Origin: Pseudomonadota bacterium
Lineage (GTDB): Bacteria > Pseudomonadota > Alphaproteobacteria > Sphingomonadales > Sphingomonadaceae
Assembly (NCBI GenBank): GCA_040390605.1
Contig: JAZJXZ010000017.1
Location: 34,948-98,947 of the forward strand
Reading direction: 5' to 3'
Length of the DNA: 64,000 nt
Program-made: the position numbers and the translations under genes
Notes under the pieces: model-generated
Database searches by the model: none
The model's input: only the letters and a program-made list of their open reading frames with translations
Told to the model about the DNA's origin: nothing
Shown: in pieces, positions 18,799 through 27,965 of the stretch
How the letters are laid out: each line of letters opens with the position of its first letter
Position numbering within the stretch: the stretch's first letter is position 1

Positions 18799-19866
18799 AT
18801 GCATCGTCCCCAGCTCTCCGTCGTCGTCCCCTGCTATAATGAGGCCGCCTGTCTCGAACTGCTTCACGCCCGCGTCTCGGGCGCGGCCAAGGCGGCGGTC
18901 GGCGACGATTACGAAATCCTGTTCATCAACGACGGCTCGCGCGACGACAGCTGGAGCGTGATGCAACGTATCGCTGCGACCGACCCGCGGCTCATCGCGA
19001 TCAACCTGTCGCGCAACCATGGCCATCAGCTCGCACTGACCGCCGGGCTCGACCTGTGCGCCGGCAAGCAGATCCTGATCATCGATGCCGACCTGCAGGA
19101 TCCGCCCGAGCTGCTCACCGACATGCGTGCGACGATGGTCGAGCAACAGGCCGACGTGGTCTATGCCGTGCGCCGCAAGCGCGCGGGCGAGACGATCTTC
19201 AAGAAGATGACCGCCGCCCTGTTCTACCGCATGCTCGACCGGCTGACCGACACGCCGATCCCGCTCGACACCGGCGATTTCCGCCTGATGAGCAGGCGTG
19301 CGCTCGACGCCTTCCTGTCGCTCCCCGAACAGGCGCGCTTCATCCGCGGCATGGTCGCCTGGGTCGGTTTCCGCCAGGTGCCGTTCCTCTACGACCGCGC
19401 CGAGCGTCATGCCGGCGAGACCAACTATCCGCTGTCGAAGATGCTGCGCCTCGCCTTCGACGCGGTCACCGGCTTCTCGACCGCGCCGCTGCGCTTCGCC
19501 AGTCATGCCGGCCTCGCGCTGACCGGCGCGACCGTGCTGCTGCTGCTCTACATCGCCTATGGCTTCTTCTTCGGCCATCCGGTGCAGGGCTGGACCTCGA
19601 CCATGCTGGTCGTCGTGCTGCTCGGCGCGGTGCAGATGTTCGTGCTCGGCATGATCGGCGAATATCTCGGCCGGCTCTATGTCGAATCGAAGCGCCGCCC
19701 GCTCTACCTCGTCGGGGACGTGGTCGGCCCCGTGCTGGGCCATGCCAGGCTCGGTTACAATGCGGCGGAGATCGACCCCGGCGACGATGCGATCGGCTAC
19801 GCCCCGGGCGAAACCAAGGTCACGATCGACACCCCCGGCGACATCGGCACCCGCCCGAGCAAGTGA
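18799..19866 (+). CDS. GT2 polyprenyl-phosphate glycosyltransferase (GtrB/ArnC/DPM1-like)
   Basis: LSVVVPCYNEA, INDGSRDDS and IIDADLQDPPELL motifs, plus two C-terminal TM helices with GEYLGRLY. An alternative start at 18769 is possible. Confidence 0.85.
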   Translation: MHRPQLSVVVPCYNEAACLELLHARVSGAAKAAVGDDYEILFINDGSRDDSWSVMQRIAATDPRLIAINLSRNHGHQLALTAGLDLCAGKQILIIDADLQDPPELLTDMRATMVEQQADVVYAVRRKRAGETIFKKMTAALFYRMLDRLTDTPIPLDTGDFRLMSRRALDAFLSLPEQARFIRGMVAWVGFRQVPFLYDRAERHAGETNYPLSKMLRLAFDAVTGFSTAPLRFASHAGLALTGATVLLLLYIAYGFFFGHPVQGWTSTMLVVVLLGAVQMFVLGMIGEYLGRLYVESKRRPLYLVGDVVGPVLGHARLGYNAAEIDPGDDAIGYAPGETKVTIDTPGDIGTRPSK

Positions 19867-20528
19867 CGCTCGGCGCGGAAGATGCGCTCGAAAATGGCGT
19901 TGAGGAACGGCGGCGGCGGTGAATCGTCGCTGTCGTCCTTGCCGGTCATCCGCCCGACGATGCGCGCCGCGGCAGCGAGCGGAAACAGCAGCGAATTGAA
20001 ATAACGCAGGCCATTGTGGCTGAGGCCCGCCTTGGCGATCGCCGCGGCCAGCGTGCTCTTCGAATAGCGCCGATGGTGGTGGTTGACCACGTCATGCGCA
20101 CTCCACAGCCATTGATGCGCCGGCACCGTGACGAGGATCTTGCCGCCGGGCGCGAGGCAATCGGCCATCGCCTTCAACGCACCGACATCGTCCTCGATAT
20201 GCTCGACCACATCGAGCACCGCGATCAGGTCGTAAGACCCTCGCGGCACATCGGGCAGCAGCGGCAGCGGCGCGGCGCTGACCGGTTTGCCCAGCCGCTC
20301 GCTGGCGATCGCACGCGCGGCGGGATCGATCTCGATCGCATCGACCGTGCCGAAGCCGGCGAGCATGGGCAGATTGTGCCCGGTGCCGCAGCCGATCTCG
20401 AGGATCTTCGCGTTCGCCGGCAGCTTGCCCTCGCGCGCCAGGTAATCGGCGAGGATGTCGCGCCGCGCGCGGTACCACCAATGCGTCGAATCATGCGCCG
20501 CCATGCGGTCGTAGACGATGCGGTCCAT
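19797..20528 (-). CDS. class I SAM-dependent methyltransferase
   Basis: The SAM-binding motif ILEIGCGTGHNL is present, followed by DLIAVLDVVEHIEDD. Confidence 0.8.
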   Translation of the reverse strand: MDRIVYDRMAAHDSTHWWYRARRDILADYLAREGKLPANAKILEIGCGTGHNLPMLAGFGTVDAIEIDPAARAIASERLGKPVSAAPLPLLPDVPRGSYDLIAVLDVVEHIEDDVGALKAMADCLAPGGKILVTVPAHQWLWSAHDVVNHHHRRYSKSTLAAAIAKAGLSHNGLRYFNSLLFPLAAAARIVGRMTGKDDSDDSPPPPFLNAIFERIFRAERHLLGRVPMSPGVSIVTLVSPGA

Positions 20529-20531
20529 TAG

Positions 20532-20969
20532 CTAGCCGAACACCCATTGCCGGTTGAGCGCGAAGGTCGCGACCGGGATGACGGTAAAGGCCGGGATGAG
20601 CGCCACCCACGCCGCGCCGTGAAACAGCGGCCCGGTGATGATCCAGGTGAAGGCTAGGTTGAGCAGCAGGCCGAAGCCCTGCACCAACACGAACTTCACA
20701 TGCTGCTTGCCGCTGGTGTCGCGCGTGCCGTGCCCCTTGAAGCTCCATGCGCTGTGCAGGAAGAAGCCCGCCGTCACCGCGACGGCAAAGGCGAACGGCA
20801 CCGCGAACACGGCATGGCTGCCGGTGAACACGCGAGCGGTCAGCGGCAGATAGACCGCCGAATAGATCGCACTGGAGATCGCCCCGGCAATGCCGAAGCG
20901 GATCAGCTGGCCGAGCATGCCGCTCGCCCGCATCTGTTCAACCTGTCGAAGAATTGCCGTCACGCCCAA
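20532..20969 (-). CDS. GtrA family membrane protein
   Basis: 145 aa with four predicted TM helices. LIRFGIAGAISSAIYSAVY and ...FALNRQWVF are GtrA-like. Ends 4 nt from the methyltransferase start. Confidence 0.75.
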   Translation of the reverse strand: MGVTAILRQVEQMRASGMLGQLIRFGIAGAISSAIYSAVYLPLTARVFTGSHAVFAVPFAFAVAVTAGFFLHSAWSFKGHGTRDTSGKQHVKFVLVQGFGLLLNLAFTWIITGPLFHGAAWVALIPAFTVIPVATFALNRQWVFG

Positions 20970-21049
20970 CTTGCCCTTTGCGGGGGTGGCACTAGAGGGA
21001 TTCCAGCGGGAGTGAAACCGGATTGTTCTGGTGACATGGGACAGGGTGC

Positions 21050-22894
21050 TTGCAGGACATTCCAGATCGATCGCCGCAAGCTGACCGGCAACTCCCCTTC
21101 GCCGGCGAACTGGAGCGCGACTGGCTCAAGCTGACGCTGATCGCCTGGCTGGTCATCGCCGCCTGGTTCGTCTTCTCGCGGTGGAACGCGATCCACTGGC
21201 TGTCGCTCGGCGACACCGACGACAATATGCGGCTGATGCAGGTCCGCGCGCTGCTCGACGGGCAGGGCTGGTACGATCTGCGCAACTACCGGATCAACCC
21301 GCCCCAGGGTCTCGATATCCATTGGAGCCGGATCGTCGATCTGCCGATCGCCGCGCTGATCCTGATCCTCAAGCCGTTCGTCGGCACGCCCGAGGCCGAG
21401 CGCCTCGCCTGCGGCATCGCGCCGCTTCTGCCCCTGAGCCTGGCCATGCTCGGCGTCGCTGCCACGGCGCGCCGCCTCGTCGACAAGGTCTCATGGCCGC
21501 TCGCCATCGTCTTCCTGCTCTGTTGCAGCGTGACGATGCTGATGTTCATGCCCGATCGCATCGACCATCATGGCTGGCAGCTGGCGATGCTCAGCCTGAC
21601 CGTCGCGGGACTGTGCGACACCAAGGCGATGCGCGGCGGGGCGGTCGTCGGCATCTCGACTGCCGTCTCGCTGTCGATCGGGCTGGAGATGCTGCCCTAT
21701 GCCGCCATGGCCGGGGCGATCATCGCGCTGCGCTGGGTGTGGGACCGCGCGGAAGCGCCACGCCTGACCGTCTATGCGCTGACCCTCGCCGGCGGCAGCA
21801 GCATCGGCTTCGCACTGTTCGCTTCCTATGCCAACCGCGTCCCGCGCTGCGACGCGCTGACCCCGGTATGGCTGTCGGTGATGGTCGCCGCCGGCCTGTT
21901 CCTCTATCTGCTGGCGCGCCTCGATCCGGCCCGCCGCGATGTCCGCTTCGGGCTCGCCGTGCTCTCGGGCGCGGCGATAGTCGTCGGTTTTGCCCTGGTC
22001 TTTCCACAATGCCTTGGTCGGCCCGAACAGGTCTCGCCTGAGCTCGCGCGGATGTGGCTCGACAATGTCCGCGAGGCCAAGCCGATCTACCAGCATCCGC
22101 TGCGCACCGCCTTCCCGATCGTCGTACTGCCGGTGATCGGCCTGATCGGCGCGCTGCTCGCGACCTGGCGCGCGCGCCACACACCGCGCCTGATCGGCTG
22201 GGCGGCGGTGTCGCTGTTCGGCACCTTCGCCGCAGCGATGCTGTTGTGGCAGGCACGTGCCGGCCCCGCGGCGCAGCTGCTCGCCGTGCCCGGCGTGACC
22301 GCGCTGGCGTGGATCGTGCTGCCCTGGTGCCTCGGCAGCCGCTTCCTGCTGGTGCGCGTATTCGGCACCGTACTCGCCTTTGTCGGCGTCTCTGGCCTGT
22401 TCGCCGGACTGGTCTTCACGCCACTCCACTTCCGGCTGTTCGGCCATGATTTCGGCTATACCCCGCCGGACCGGCCGAACGCCTTTATCCAGCGCGTCAA
22501 CAATGCCAGCGGCCTGTGCCCGACCATTCCCGCGCTGCGGCCGCTCGACAAGCTGCCGGCCCAGACCATCTTCACCTTCGTCGATCTCGGCCCGCGTCTC
22601 GTCGTGGTGACGCACCACAATGCCGTCGCCGGCCCCTATCACCGCAATGGCGACGCGATCCTCGACGTGCAGCACGCCTTTTCGGGGAGCGCAGAGCAAT
22701 TCCGCGCCATCGCCAGGCGCCACGGCGCGACCTTGCTGCTGACCTGTCCCAACATGTCGGAATCGACCGTCTACCGGGCGCGCAATCCCGGCGGCTTCTA
22801 CGACCAGCTCGCCCACAACAAGGTTCCCGCATGGCTCGAACCCGTCGCCCTGCCGGAACGGTCGCCGCTGCGGCTGTGGCGCATTCATTATTGA
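21050..22894 (+). CDS. large polytopic membrane protein, candidate GT-C-fold glycosyltransferase
   Basis: 614 aa with more than 10 hydrophobic segments and a soluble C-terminal region. An acidic motif (LGDTDDNMRLMQVR) follows the first TM, as in GT-C first loops. Divergent from gtrA. The family call is inference. Confidence 0.5.
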   Translation: MQDIPDRSPQADRQLPFAGELERDWLKLTLIAWLVIAAWFVFSRWNAIHWLSLGDTDDNMRLMQVRALLDGQGWYDLRNYRINPPQGLDIHWSRIVDLPIAALILILKPFVGTPEAERLACGIAPLLPLSLAMLGVAATARRLVDKVSWPLAIVFLLCCSVTMLMFMPDRIDHHGWQLAMLSLTVAGLCDTKAMRGGAVVGISTAVSLSIGLEMLPYAAMAGAIIALRWVWDRAEAPRLTVYALTLAGGSSIGFALFASYANRVPRCDALTPVWLSVMVAAGLFLYLLARLDPARRDVRFGLAVLSGAAIVVGFALVFPQCLGRPEQVSPELARMWLDNVREAKPIYQHPLRTAFPIVVLPVIGLIGALLATWRARHTPRLIGWAAVSLFGTFAAAMLLWQARAGPAAQLLAVPGVTALAWIVLPWCLGSRFLLVRVFGTVLAFVGVSGLFAGLVFTPLHFRLFGHDFGYTPPDRPNAFIQRVNNASGLCPTIPALRPLDKLPAQTIFTFVDLGPRLVVVTHHNAVAGPYHRNGDAILDVQHAFSGSAEQFRAIARRHGATLLLTCPNMSESTVYRARNPGGFYDQLAHNKVPAWLEPVALPERSPLRLWRIHY

Positions 22895-22919
22895 TCGTTG
22901 AAGCGCGACCGAGTCTCTG

Positions 22920-23069
22920 TTGTTCGGCTTCCTCGCCACCCCGCTGCTCAATGAGATCAAGTCGCTTGGCGCGTTCGGCGGGATCGTCGCCAGCCTGATC
23001 GTCGGCGCGGGCTGGCTCCTGCCTGGTCTCCGGACGATGCGTAAGCCGCACACCGGCGCGACAACTTAG
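22920..23069 (+). CDS. possible unannotated small membrane protein (49 aa, TTG start)
   Basis: Hand translation gives (M)FGFLATPLLNEIKSLGAFGGIVASLIVGAGWLLPGLRTMRKPHTGATT. Third positions are strongly G/C-biased and one TM helix is apparent. No clear RBS. It is below the ORF-track length cut-off. Confidence 0.25.
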   Translation: MFGFLATPLLNEIKSLGAFGGIVASLIVGAGWLLPGLRTMRKPHTGATT

Positions 23070-23079
23070 AATTCCCCTC

Positions 23080-23757
23080 ATGGCCCTATCGCGCTGGATC
23101 GGTGGGGGATATGGGTGCGGTACCGCGAACGTACCGGAGAAGCCGCGAGCCGTGATACCGCCAGCGCTGCGCAGCCGTTATGCCGAACCTTGGCGATTTT
23201 ATCACACTCTCGCCCATATCGAGGCGATGGAGGAACATCTTCTCGCCGCCACCGACGCCGGCGTAGCCGTTTGCAACGCACCTGCCTGCCACGCGTTCAT
23301 CTGGTGGCACGACGCGATCTACGACCCCGAGGCTGCCCCGGGACACAACGAGATGCGGTCTGCCGAACTTTGCCGAGCCGAGATGTCAGGCGTCGGCGCG
23401 GATCTGAACGTGATCGCGCAAGCGGCAGCGATGATCGAGGCGACGGCCCGCCATATCGCGCCTCCCGCCGAGATCGCGCCCGATGCGCCACTGATGCTCG
23501 ACATCGACCTGTCGATCCTCGGCGCGGCGCGCGATGCCTATCGCGCCTATGCTGACGCGATCCGCCGTGAGTACGCCCATGTCGCCGATGCCGCTTATAG
23601 CGAAGGCCGCGCACGCGTCCTGCGGGGCTTCCTCGATCGCCCCGACCTGTACCTCACCGGCTGGGCACGCGACCGCTGGGATGCGAACGCGAGAGATAAT
23701 CTGGCATGGGAGATCGGGTTGCTGACCGGCGACCGGCCACCCATCACCCCAGGCTGA
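23080..23757 (+). CDS. predicted HD-type metal-dependent phosphohydrolase-like protein (COG4339-like)
   Basis: RYAEPWRFYHTLAHIEAM followed by FIWWHDAIYDP resembles the uncharacterised HD-related family. Start is uncertain. Confidence 0.5.
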   Translation: MALSRWIGGGYGCGTANVPEKPRAVIPPALRSRYAEPWRFYHTLAHIEAMEEHLLAATDAGVAVCNAPACHAFIWWHDAIYDPEAAPGHNEMRSAELCRAEMSGVGADLNVIAQAAAMIEATARHIAPPAEIAPDAPLMLDIDLSILGAARDAYRAYADAIRREYAHVADAAYSEGRARVLRGFLDRPDLYLTGWARDRWDANARDNLAWEIGLLTGDRPPITPG

Positions 23758-24364
23758 TCCGCACCCCGTCGATCACGAACTGCACCGCCAGCGCCGCCAG
23801 CAGCACGCCGAGGATGCGCGTAATCACCGCCTCGATCTTGGCCCCCAGCACGCGCATGATCGGCCCGGCGGCGATGAGCGCCGCCAGTGTCAGCAGCAGG
23901 ATCGTCAGCAGCGCGGCGAGCACCACCACGACATTCTCGACGCCGTGGTTGCGGCTCATCATCAACATCACGCTGGCGATCGAGCCGGGGCCGGCGATCA
24001 TCGGCATCGCCATCGGGAAGATCGAGACATCCTCGACCTCGGGCGTGGCCGCGATCTTGGCGGCGCGGTCCTCGCGGCGCTCGGTGCGCTTCTCGAACAC
24101 CATCTCGAGCGCGATCAGGAACAGCATGATCCCGCCGGCGATGCGAAAGCTCGCCAGGCTGATGCCCAACGACCTGAGCAAGGTCTCGCCGAACGCGGCG
24201 AAGGCGAACAGGATGATCGAGGCGACGAACACCGCGCGCACCGCCATCGACCGGCGATGCGCCGGCGTCGCGCCGGCCGACAGCCCGGCATAGATCGGCG
24301 CGCAGCCCGGCGGGTCGATCACCACGAAGAAGGTGATCAGCGAGGAGATATAGAGTTCGAGCAT
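23744..24364 (-). CDS. MarC family (NAAT) membrane protein
   Basis: Start MLELYISSLITFFVVIDPPGCAPIY. The polytopic, MarC-like pattern includes FRIAGGIMLF. Confidence 0.8.
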   Translation of the reverse strand: MLELYISSLITFFVVIDPPGCAPIYAGLSAGATPAHRRSMAVRAVFVASIILFAFAAFGETLLRSLGISLASFRIAGGIMLFLIALEMVFEKRTERREDRAAKIAATPEVEDVSIFPMAMPMIAGPGSIASVMLMMSRNHGVENVVVVLAALLTILLLTLAALIAAGPIMRVLGAKIEAVITRILGVLLAALAVQFVIDGVRISLG

Positions 24365-24990
24365 CAGCGGTTGGGCGGCGCGCCGGCGATGCGGTCGGCG
24401 ATCACGTTGCGTAGCGTATGACCGTCCCACATCCACGCGTCGAAACTGCGGCTGCCATCGGGCCGGACGAACCATTGCCAGGACAAGGTCGCATCCATGG
24501 ATCGGCCTGCCCCGACGACATCGCCGCCACCCTGAATTTCCATGCCCAGCGCAAGGCTGCGCGTGCGGCACGACGCCCTTTGCACCACCGGCTTTGCCGG
24601 TCGTTCGCGCGGCTTTTGCAAAGCATCGCCGCCATCGACGATCCACTTCCAGCCGCCATCGGGCTGCCGGCGCCAGACGGTGGTGAAATAGCCGATGCTG
24701 CCGTCGGGGCGTTTCCAGCCACCGGTATTGACCGCCAGGCTACCATCGCAGGACTGGAAGCTGGAGACCGGCCACCAGTCGATCGCCTTGGGCGGGTCGT
24801 GCCGGTCCTTCAAAAAGTCCTGCACCTTCACCGGCTGCGGCACGAACATCGTGGCCTCGTCGGCCGCCCATTTGCGGAACGCGGTCCATTGGCCGAGCGC
24901 CTGCGCATCCGCGGCAAAGGCCCGCTCCGCCTCGACCGGCGTGGTTGCCGCCGCCGGCGCCGCGGCCAGCATCAGCAACCACGACAACAT
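24364..24990 (-). CDS. secreted NTF2/DUF4440-like protein
   Basis: Signal peptide [15 protein letters not shown]. Two copies of a ...DG(S)...W(K/R)..PDG.W... module. One-nucleotide overlaps with folD upstream and marC downstream. Confidence 0.45.
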   Translation of the reverse strand: MLSWLLMLAAAPAAATTPVEAERAFAADAQALGQWTAFRKWAADEATMFVPQPVKVQDFLKDRHDPPKAIDWWPVSSFQSCDGSLAVNTGGWKRPDGSIGYFTTVWRRQPDGGWKWIVDGGDALQKPRERPAKPVVQRASCRTRSLALGMEIQGGGDVVGAGRSMDATLSWQWFVRPDGSRSFDAWMWDGHTLRNVIADRIAGAPPNR

Positions 24991-25865
24991 CAGATCCCGC
25001 CCTTCTCGTACGGCACACGCGCCCGGCGGTGCGCCGAGAGCAGCGTGTTGCGCAACAGGCACGCAATGGTCATCGGCCCGACCCCGCCCGGTACCGGGGT
25101 GATCGCGCCCGCCACGCTCGCCGCGCCGGCGAAATCGACATCGCCGACCAGCCCGTCTTCGGTGCGGTTGATGCCGACATCGATCACGGTCGCGCCCGGC
25201 TTGATCCATTCGCCCCTGATCATCGCCGGCTGGCCGACCGCCGCGACAACGATGTCGGCGCGTTTCACCACACTCGACAGGTCGCGCGTCTTCGAATGCG
25301 CCACCGTCACGGTGCAGCTCTCGCGTATCAGCAGCTGGGCCATCGGTTTGCCGACGATGTTCGAGCGGCCCACGACCACCGCGTCGAGCCCGGTCAGATC
25401 GCCCAGCACATCCTTCAACAGCATCACGCAGCCATAAGGCGTGCAGGGCACGAAACCGTGCAGCCCCGTCGCCAGCCGCCCGGCATTGACCGGGTGGAAG
25501 CCATCGACATCCTTGTCCGGGTCGATCCGCGTGATGACGACCTGCTCGTCGATATGCTTGGGCAGCGGCAGCTGGACGAGAATGCCGTCGACCGCGGGAT
25601 CGGCGTTGAGCGTGTCGATCAGCGCGACCAGATCGTCCTGCGGCGTATCGGCCGGCAGGCGATGCTCGAAGCTCTCCATGCCGGCGGCGACCGTCGCCTT
25701 GTGCTTCGACCGGACATAGACCGCCGATGCGGGGTCCTCGCCGACCAGCACCACCGCCAGCCCGGGCGCGCGCCCGGCGGCGTCGCGAAAGGTCGCCACC
25801 TGGCCCGCGATCCTGTCGCGCAAATCGGCGGCGAACGCCTTTCCGTCGATGATCCGTGCAGTCAT
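24990..25865 (-). CDS. folD: bifunctional methylenetetrahydrofolate dehydrogenase/cyclohydrolase
   Basis: [16 protein letters not shown]..., [16 protein letters not shown], and [12 protein letters not shown] near the C-terminus. Confidence 0.95.
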   Translation of the reverse strand: MTARIIDGKAFAADLRDRIAGQVATFRDAAGRAPGLAVVLVGEDPASAVYVRSKHKATVAAGMESFEHRLPADTPQDDLVALIDTLNADPAVDGILVQLPLPKHIDEQVVITRIDPDKDVDGFHPVNAGRLATGLHGFVPCTPYGCVMLLKDVLGDLTGLDAVVVGRSNIVGKPMAQLLIRESCTVTVAHSKTRDLSSVVKRADIVVAAVGQPAMIRGEWIKPGATVIDVGINRTEDGLVGDVDFAGAASVAGAITPVPGGVGPMTIACLLRNTLLSAHRRARVPYEKGGI

Positions 25866-25872
25866 TGTGCCC

Positions 25873-26178
25873 TCACGCCACCGCGCCGGACAGCGCATTA
25901 TAGATATAGGGCAGGATGATCGTCATCAGGATGTAGATGATCAACAGCACGACCAAAGGCGACAGATCGAGCCCGCCGAAATCGGGCATGATGCGCCGGA
26001 TCGGACGATAAAGCGGATCGGTCATCTTCTGCAGCGCGTTCCACACCGATCGCACCGTGTCGTTCCAGGTGTTGATGATGTTGAACGCGATGAGCCACGA
26101 CATGACCGCCTGGATAACGATGATCCACCACAGAACGTTGAGCAGGACTTCGGCGATCCGGAACAGGACGAAGAGCAA
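25873..26178 (-). CDS. YggT family membrane protein
   Basis: 101 aa. The [18 protein letters not shown] ... [10 protein letters not shown] ... GGLDLSPLV pattern is YggT-like. Confidence 0.8.
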   Translation of the reverse strand: MLFVLFRIAEVLLNVLWWIIVIQAVMSWLIAFNIINTWNDTVRSVWNALQKMTDPLYRPIRRIMPDFGGLDLSPLVVLLIIYILMTIILPYIYNALSGAVA

Positions 26179-26244
26179 GGATTCCTCCTTAGAATGACGT
26201 AGCGCGGCAATACAGCAAAGCCCCCGGCGCGAACAGGCCGCGCA

Positions 26245-27144
26245 TCAGCGACGGATCAGCGTGCCCGCGCCGCGCTTGGTGAACACTTCGAGCAACATGG
26301 CATGCGGCACCCGTCCGTCGAGGATGACGGCGGCGTCGACCCCCGCCTCGACCGCGGCGACGCAGGTCTCGATCTTGGGGATCATGCCGCCGGTGATCGT
26401 GCCGTCCTCACGCAGGCCGGCGACCGCCGCCGGGTCGAGATCGGTCATCAGCGCGCCGCTCTTGTCGAGTACCCCGACCACATCGGTCAGCATGAACAGG
26501 CGCGATGCGCCCAGCGCCGAGGCAATCGCGCCGGCCATGGTGTCGGCGTTGATGTTATAGGTATGGCCGTCGTCGCCGATCGCGATCGGCGCGACCACCG
26601 GGATGATGCCGGCCTCGGACAGCGTATCGATGATCCGCCGGTCGACCCCGACCGGCTCGCCGACGAATCCCAGGTCGACATGGCGTTCGATGCCCTGCAG
26701 CCGGTCGGGCGTGTCGCGGCCGACCTTGGCGGCGCGGACAAAGCCGCCATCCTTGCCCGAAATGCCGACCGCGCGGCCGCCGGCCTGGCCGATCCAGCCG
26801 ACGATCTCCTTGTTGATCGATCCGGCCAGCACCATCTCGGCGATCTTGGCGGTCTCGGCATCGGTAACGCGCAGGCCGTTGACGAAGCTCGATTCGACCC
26901 CGAGCCGCTTGAGCATCGCGCCGATCTGCGGCCCGCCGCCATGCACCACGACCGGGTTGATCCCGACCGCCTTCATCAGCACCACATCCTCGGCGAAGTC
27001 GCGCGCGGCTTCCGGATCGCCCATGGCGTGGCCGCCATATTTCACGACGAAGGTCGCGCCGGCGTAACGCTGCATATAAGGCAGCGCCTCGACCAGCGTT
27101 TCGGCCTTGTTGAGCAAGGCGGGATCGGGTGCGTAGTTGGTCAT
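26245..27144 (-). CDS. argB: acetylglutamate kinase
   Basis: [20 protein letters not shown] and the amino-acid kinase fold hold throughout. Confidence 0.95.
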   Translation of the reverse strand: MTNYAPDPALLNKAETLVEALPYMQRYAGATFVVKYGGHAMGDPEAARDFAEDVVLMKAVGINPVVVHGGGPQIGAMLKRLGVESSFVNGLRVTDAETAKIAEMVLAGSINKEIVGWIGQAGGRAVGISGKDGGFVRAAKVGRDTPDRLQGIERHVDLGFVGEPVGVDRRIIDTLSEAGIIPVVAPIAIGDDGHTYNINADTMAGAIASALGASRLFMLTDVVGVLDKSGALMTDLDPAAVAGLREDGTITGGMIPKIETCVAAVEAGVDAAVILDGRVPHAMLLEVFTKRGAGTLIRR

Positions 27145-27157
27145 GATGCCGGGGCGC

Positions 27158-27844
27158 TTAGGCCGCGACAGGCTTTCCGTCCAGCCAACGCCCGATCGCC
27201 ACCATCAGATAGATAAGCGGCGGCACCAGCACCGCCGACAGCACGACCTTTACGATCATCTGCCCGAGCAGAATCTCCCGGATCGGAAATACGCCATAAA
27301 AAGCGATGCTCACGAACAGTAGCGTGTCGACGATCTGGCTCAGGATGCTCGCCGCTCCAGCGCGCAGCCACAACATCGCCTGGCCCTCACGGCCCTTGAG
27401 ATAGGAAAACACCGTCACATTGAGAGTCTGCGATATGCCGTAGGAAATGATCCCAGCGATCCAGATGCGTGGAGTCGCGCCCATCATCAGAGCAAAGGCG
27501 TCGCGCCGCGCCGGATCCATGTCGCTCGCCGCGGGGATTGCCAGCACCACCAGTGACAGCAGGATCGAAACGATCAGGGGCACGAAGCCAAACTGAACCA
27601 GCTTGTTGGCGGTCTTCGCGCCGTGCAGTTCGGCGATCGCGCTCGACGTGATGACCAGCAGCAGAAAGGCGAAGATGCCCGCCTCAATCGCCAGGGGACC
27701 GAGGCCGAACACAGGCCCAAGCGCCGACAGCGGTCCCAGCGCGACCTGCTTATTGCCGAGCACGCCGGCGATGCACACCATGCCTCCATAGAAGATCGAG
27801 AGAGCGAAGAGCGAGCGCGGTATCGCGGGCGTGGGTGTATCCAT
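27158..27844 (-). CDS. queuosine-precursor transporter (YhhQ/VUT family)
   Basis: 228 aa, polytopic. The ...[15 protein letters not shown]... block is typical of YhhQ/DUF165. Confidence 0.7.
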   Translation of the reverse strand: MDTPTPAIPRSLFALSIFYGGMVCIAGVLGNKQVALGPLSALGPVFGLGPLAIEAGIFAFLLLVITSSAIAELHGAKTANKLVQFGFVPLIVSILLSLVVLAIPAASDMDPARRDAFALMMGATPRIWIAGIISYGISQTLNVTVFSYLKGREGQAMLWLRAGAASILSQIVDTLLFVSIAFYGVFPIREILLGQMIVKVVLSAVLVPPLIYLMVAIGRWLDGKPVAA

Positions 27845-27965
27845 CCGCAGTTGCTAGCGCAGAAAAAGCCGACGTCAAACCGAGACTAGCGGAGAGCGTT
27901 TCGCGCTGTATGGTGGGTCGCTTGACCGGCCATGAGCCGGACCAGGGAAAACGGGGCGGCAAGCG

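Noticed and set aside
21491-23053. 520-aa minus-strand ORF
   Set aside because: It is antisense to the polytopic membrane protein gene and is highly Arg/Gly/Asp-rich.
27845-27965. Possible preQ1 riboswitch upstream of the YhhQ queuosine-precursor transporter
   Set aside because: I could not find the short P1 hairpin plus A-rich tail characteristic of preQ1 aptamers on the minus strand. No support without a covariance-model scan.
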